Shown: in pieces, positions 61,129 to 64,000 of the stretch
Layout: every line of letters starts with the position of its first letter
Position numbering within the stretch: position 1 is the first letter of the stretch
Assembly: GCA_051362555.1 (NCBI GenBank)
Contig: CM120647.1
Coordinates: 1,674,001-1,738,000 of the forward strand
Reading direction: 5' to 3'
Source: Lingula anatina
Taxonomy: Eukaryota; Animalia; Brachiopoda
DNA: 64,000 nucleotides
Notes under the pieces: model-generated
Told to the model about the DNA's origin: nothing
The model's input: the letters and a program-made list of their open reading frames with translations, nothing else
The model's database searches: none
Made by a program: the position numbers and the translations under genes

Positions 61129-63171
61129 CTAGGACCGTGGAGGCAGAGGTGGAGGTGGGGGCACATTCAGACGTGGAGGCTGAGGCAGAGGTGGGGGCAC
61201 ATTCAGACGTGGAGATTGAGGCAGAGGTGGAGGTGGGGGCACATTCAGACGTGGAGATTGAAGCAGAGGTGGAGGTGGGGGCACATTCAGACGTGGAGAC
61301 TGAGGCAGAGGTGGAGGTGGGGGCACATTCAGACGTGGAGGCTGAGGCAGAGGTGGAGGTGGGGGCACATTCAGACGTGGAGATTGAGGCAGAGGTGGAG
61401 GTGGGGGCACATTCAGACGTGGAGATTGAAGCAGAGGTGGAGGTGGGGGCACATTCAGACGTGGAGATTGAAGCAGAGGTGGAGGTGGGGGCACATTCAG
61501 ACGTGGAGGCTGAGGCAGAGGTGGAGGTGGGGGCACATTCAGACGTGGAGATTGAAGCAGAGGTGGAGGTGGGGGCACATTCAGACGTGGAGATTGAAGC
61601 AGAGGTGGAGGTGGGGGCACATTCAGACGTGGAGATTGAGGCAGAGGTGGAGGTGGGGGCACATTCAGACGTGGAGACTGAGGCAGAGGTGGAGGTGGGG
61701 GCACATTCAGACGTGGAGGCTGAGGTAGAGGTAGAGGTGGAGGTGGGGGCACATTCAGACGTGGAGGGTGAGGCAGAGGTGGAGGTGGTGGCACATTCAG
61801 ACGTGGAGGGTGAGGCAGAGGTGGAGGTGGGGGCACATTCAGACGTGGAGACTGAGGCAGAGGTGGAGGTGGGGGCACATTCAGACGTGGAGACTGAGGC
61901 AGAGGTGGAGGTGGGGGCACATTCAGACGTGGAGGCTGAGGTAGAGGTAGAGGTGGAGGTGGGGGCACATTCAGACGTGGAGGGTGAGGCAGAGGTGGAG
62001 GTGGTGGCACATTCAGACGTGGAGGGTGAGGCAGAGGTGGAGGTGGGGGCACATTCAGACGTGGAGACTGAGGCAGAGGTGGAGGTGGGGGCACATTCAG
62101 ACGTGGAGACTGAGGCAGAGGTGGAGGTGGGGGCACATTCAGACGTGGAGGCTGTGGCAGAGGTGGAGGCGCAGGTACATACCGACGTGGAGGCTGAGGC
62201 AAAGGTGGGGGCGGAGGTGTTGCTGCCTGCGCGGTCACCTGCCCTAACATAGCTTCCAGTGCAGCAGCAGATATTATACCAGGGCTGTAGGATATCTGTG
62301 CTGGTGTGTCTGGAGTTGGTACTGGCATTTTCTCCAGTGCTGTCAGTCTCTCGGTCAGAGCCTTAGTATGAAGCATGATGTCAGAATTAGAGCCATTTGT
62401 TACAAGTTCCTGGGCAAATCTGCAGGCACTTTGTAAGGAGGCATGATGAAGTTCGAAGGTGTCCGTGTTTGCTTCCTTCTGCTTTTTACTGATGTTACAA
62501 GCAAATTTTACTTCTGAAATCAGTTTTTGCTCTGTAATTTCAACCAGTTTATGGAAAAATTGAGCCTGTTCTTTAATTTTGTTGATGGTATCTTCCGTGT
62601 TGACCTCCTCCAATTCATTGGTTCTGTCCTTGACAACTGCTTCTTTAAACATGCCCAGTTTTGTTTCAGCTTTCCTAAGGACAGCTTTAATCTTCTCTCG
62701 ATTGCTATTTGCAACATCTTCAATGGGTACAATACCATGTCTGTAATGCTCTTTTGGTATACAGTCACCACAAACAACGGCATCATCGTCTTCACAGTAG
62801 TATTTCAATTCATTTGTAGGATGCTTCTCACATTTGCTCATCATTTCTGCAGTGGCTTGCGTCACTCCATGTACATCAGTGCCTTTGATTGGGGATAAGA
62901 CTATATGCTGCTGTAGTTGACTGAGAATATCTTTTGCCTTTTGAATAAGATGATTCTTTTTAAGTGATAGTCCTTCTCTTGGAAATTGTATCTCTTCTGT
63001 ACAAAGGGGACACGAAAATGTCCTGTTTCGAGATCGCGTAGCATATTCCCATATACAACCATAGCAAAATGTATGGTAGCAAGGCAGCACACGGGGGTCT
63101 TCATACTCTCCCAGACAGATGCTACATGTCAAAAGATTATCTGTGAAAGCTGCTGCCAGCGCCTCGGCCAT
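61129..63171 (-). CDS. TRIM protein copy 5 (RBCC plus 25 polyproline repeats; 680 aa)
   Basis: Open ORF; divergent RING region ([20 protein letters not shown]); preceded by a splice-acceptor-like tgtgttttacatcgtcAG|TATG. Confidence 0.88.
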   Translation of the reverse strand: MAEALAAAFTDNLLTCSICLGEYEDPRVLPCYHTFCYGCIWEYATRSRNRTFSCPLCTEEIQFPREGLSLKKNHLIQKAKDILSQLQQHIVLSPIKGTDVHGVTQATAEMMSKCEKHPTNELKYYCEDDDAVVCGDCIPKEHYRHGIVPIEDVANSNREKIKAVLRKAETKLGMFKEAVVKDRTNELEEVNTEDTINKIKEQAQFFHKLVEITEQKLISEVKFACNISKKQKEANTDTFELHHASLQSACRFAQELVTNGSNSDIMLHTKALTERLTALEKMPVPTPDTPAQISYSPGIISAAALEAMLGQVTAQAATPPPPPLPQPPRRYVPAPPPLPQPPRLNVPPPPPLPQSPRLNVPPPPPLPQSPRLNVPPPPPLPHPPRLNVPPPPPLPHPPRLNVPPPPPLPLPQPPRLNVPPPPPLPQSPRLNVPPPPPLPQSPRLNVPPPPPLPHPPRLNVPPPPPLPHPPRLNVPPPPPLPLPQPPRLNVPPPPPLPQSPRLNVPPPPPLPQSPRLNVPPPPPLLQSPRLNVPPPPPLLQSPRLNVPPPPPLPQPPRLNVPPPPPLLQSPRLNVPPPPPLLQSPRLNVPPPPPLPQSPRLNVPPPPPLPQPPRLNVPPPPPLPQSPRLNVPPPPPLLQSPRLNVPPPPPLPQSPRLNVPPPLPQPPRLNVPPPPPLPPRS
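61132..62225. repeat. Coding 42-bp minisatellite, 25 units plus partial
   Basis: Includes 48-bp and 36-bp variants and an internally duplicated 5-unit block (QSP,QSP,HPP,HPP,LPQPP) x2. Confidence 0.95.
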
Positions 63172-63172
63172 A

Positions 63173-64000
63173 CTGACGATGTAAAACACAAGGCAAGTTT
63201 TTTAAGTGAATAGTTCAATAGTCAAATGTAAGGCAACTCGTCTGAAGCACTCTTTATAGTGTGGAAGCAGATGATCAGGTGATGGTGACCTTGAAATTAT
63301 TCGTGGAAACTGTACTATGTCAATAGTGATAACGTGCACTATATTTGATATGGTTTTTAGTACAAGTGGACTTGCAACAATTGGGGGCAACAGTAACTTC
63401 TGCAGGGGTGATCAGTGACAAGGTACCCGGTACAACATTGTACAAAGAATAGCAGCATCTATTGACGTTTTTAAATGATTCCTATTTTTTAATTGACACA
63501 AAACTATCTAATACTTAACTTTACGAGTAATAGTGTCTCTTCATGCCAGTTGCAGTGTTTATCTGTCATTATGTGATAAATGTGGATGTTACTTTTTTTG
63601 TCAAATTCCCCCCTGCTTGAATTGTTAAGTTTATTGTGCTGCTCATGAAAATTGACACTATTGATGGACCTCAGTGCATGTAGAACTATTTACCCTTCTA
63701 CATTAATCATATGTATGCATACTCTTTACCCCTCCTTGACATAGATCTGTGAAAACTTGCCCATTGTTTGTAATCTCAGTACATGTTTGCAGGTAACCAA
63801 TCAGTGATAAAACTTCCCATTCTTTATAACCCCATCATGCAATCGTCAGGTGATGAGTCCAAAGAACTGAAACTAGTACTTTATCTCAGAGTAATAATGT
63901 TTGGTGATTATCATGTTGAGAAGAAGTGTTATAAATGACGTCTGAATGAAGATATATGTTAATAATTAATTTACTTTATGTCGGACCTTTTTGAACCAGA
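63173..64000 (-). other. Probable 5'-UTR intron of TRIM copy 5 (3' part)
   Basis: Pyrimidine-rich tract plus AG ending at 63173 on -; AT-rich, with no similarity to the upstream regions of copies 1-4. Confidence 0.55.

Larger units (their letters stand above)
27660..63172. repeat. Tandem segmental duplication, 5 units of [TRIM 3' flank - NHL remnant - TRIM CDS - promoter - DIRS remnant]
   Basis: Unit starts (aaaatgatgt.aaaga) at ~27663, ~35637, ~43532, ~48980 and ~59436. Periods are ~7.9 kb, ~7.9 kb, ~5.45 kb and ~10.46 kb (the last includes a 4.9-kb insertion). Unit 5 stops matching at the TRIM start codon. Confidence 0.95.

Noticed and set aside
61075-62252. Long + strand ORFs ([14 protein letters not shown])n and ([14 protein letters not shown])n, also at 37329, 45277 and 50623
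   Set aside because: Antisense shadows of the stop-poor 42-bp coding repeat; they end where the repeat ends and have no independent gene signals.
63405-63420. 12-bp match (ggtgatcagtga) to the copy 1-4 promoter region
   Set aside because: Opposite orientation and too short to exceed chance.

Overview
Eukaryotic, AT-rich animal genomic DNA; a lophotrochozoan-type invertebrate is likely but only inferred from the TRIM-NHL/DIRS/BEL content. Four zones. (1) 1-4.1 kb: the last two coding exons of a TTC32-like TPR gene (+), followed by an internally deleted BEL/Pao LTR retrotransposon (-) with both LTRs and a 5-bp TSD. (2) ~5.3-27.65 kb: a macrosatellite of ~16 units of ~1.2-1.45 kb. It has a homogeneous 1384-bp core, a 2677-bp higher-order dimer at the right end, and two degenerate tRNA-like (Pol III A/B-box) modules in most units. 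A 1.5-kb foldback transposon with ~570-bp TIRs interrupts it. (3) ~27.7-63.2 kb: five tandem segmental duplicates of a TRIM gene (RING-B-box-coiled coil, -); copies 1-4 each lie head-to-head with a decayed DIRS retrotransposon (+). In every copy the ancestral C-terminal NHL propeller is cut off by a stop and is decaying. In copies 2-5 it is replaced by an in-frame 42-bp minisatellite encoding ([14 protein letters not shown])n, with n = 8, 11, 15 and 25 along the array. In units 3 and 4 the DIRS is deleted down to an open ORF for its adenine-methyltransferase-like domain. A 4.9-kb non-autonomous DNA transposon sits upstream of copy 4. (4) 63.2-64 kb: probable 5'-UTR intron of TRIM copy 5. All calls come from reading the sequence and ORF track by eye; no searches were run, and boundaries marked ~ are approximate.
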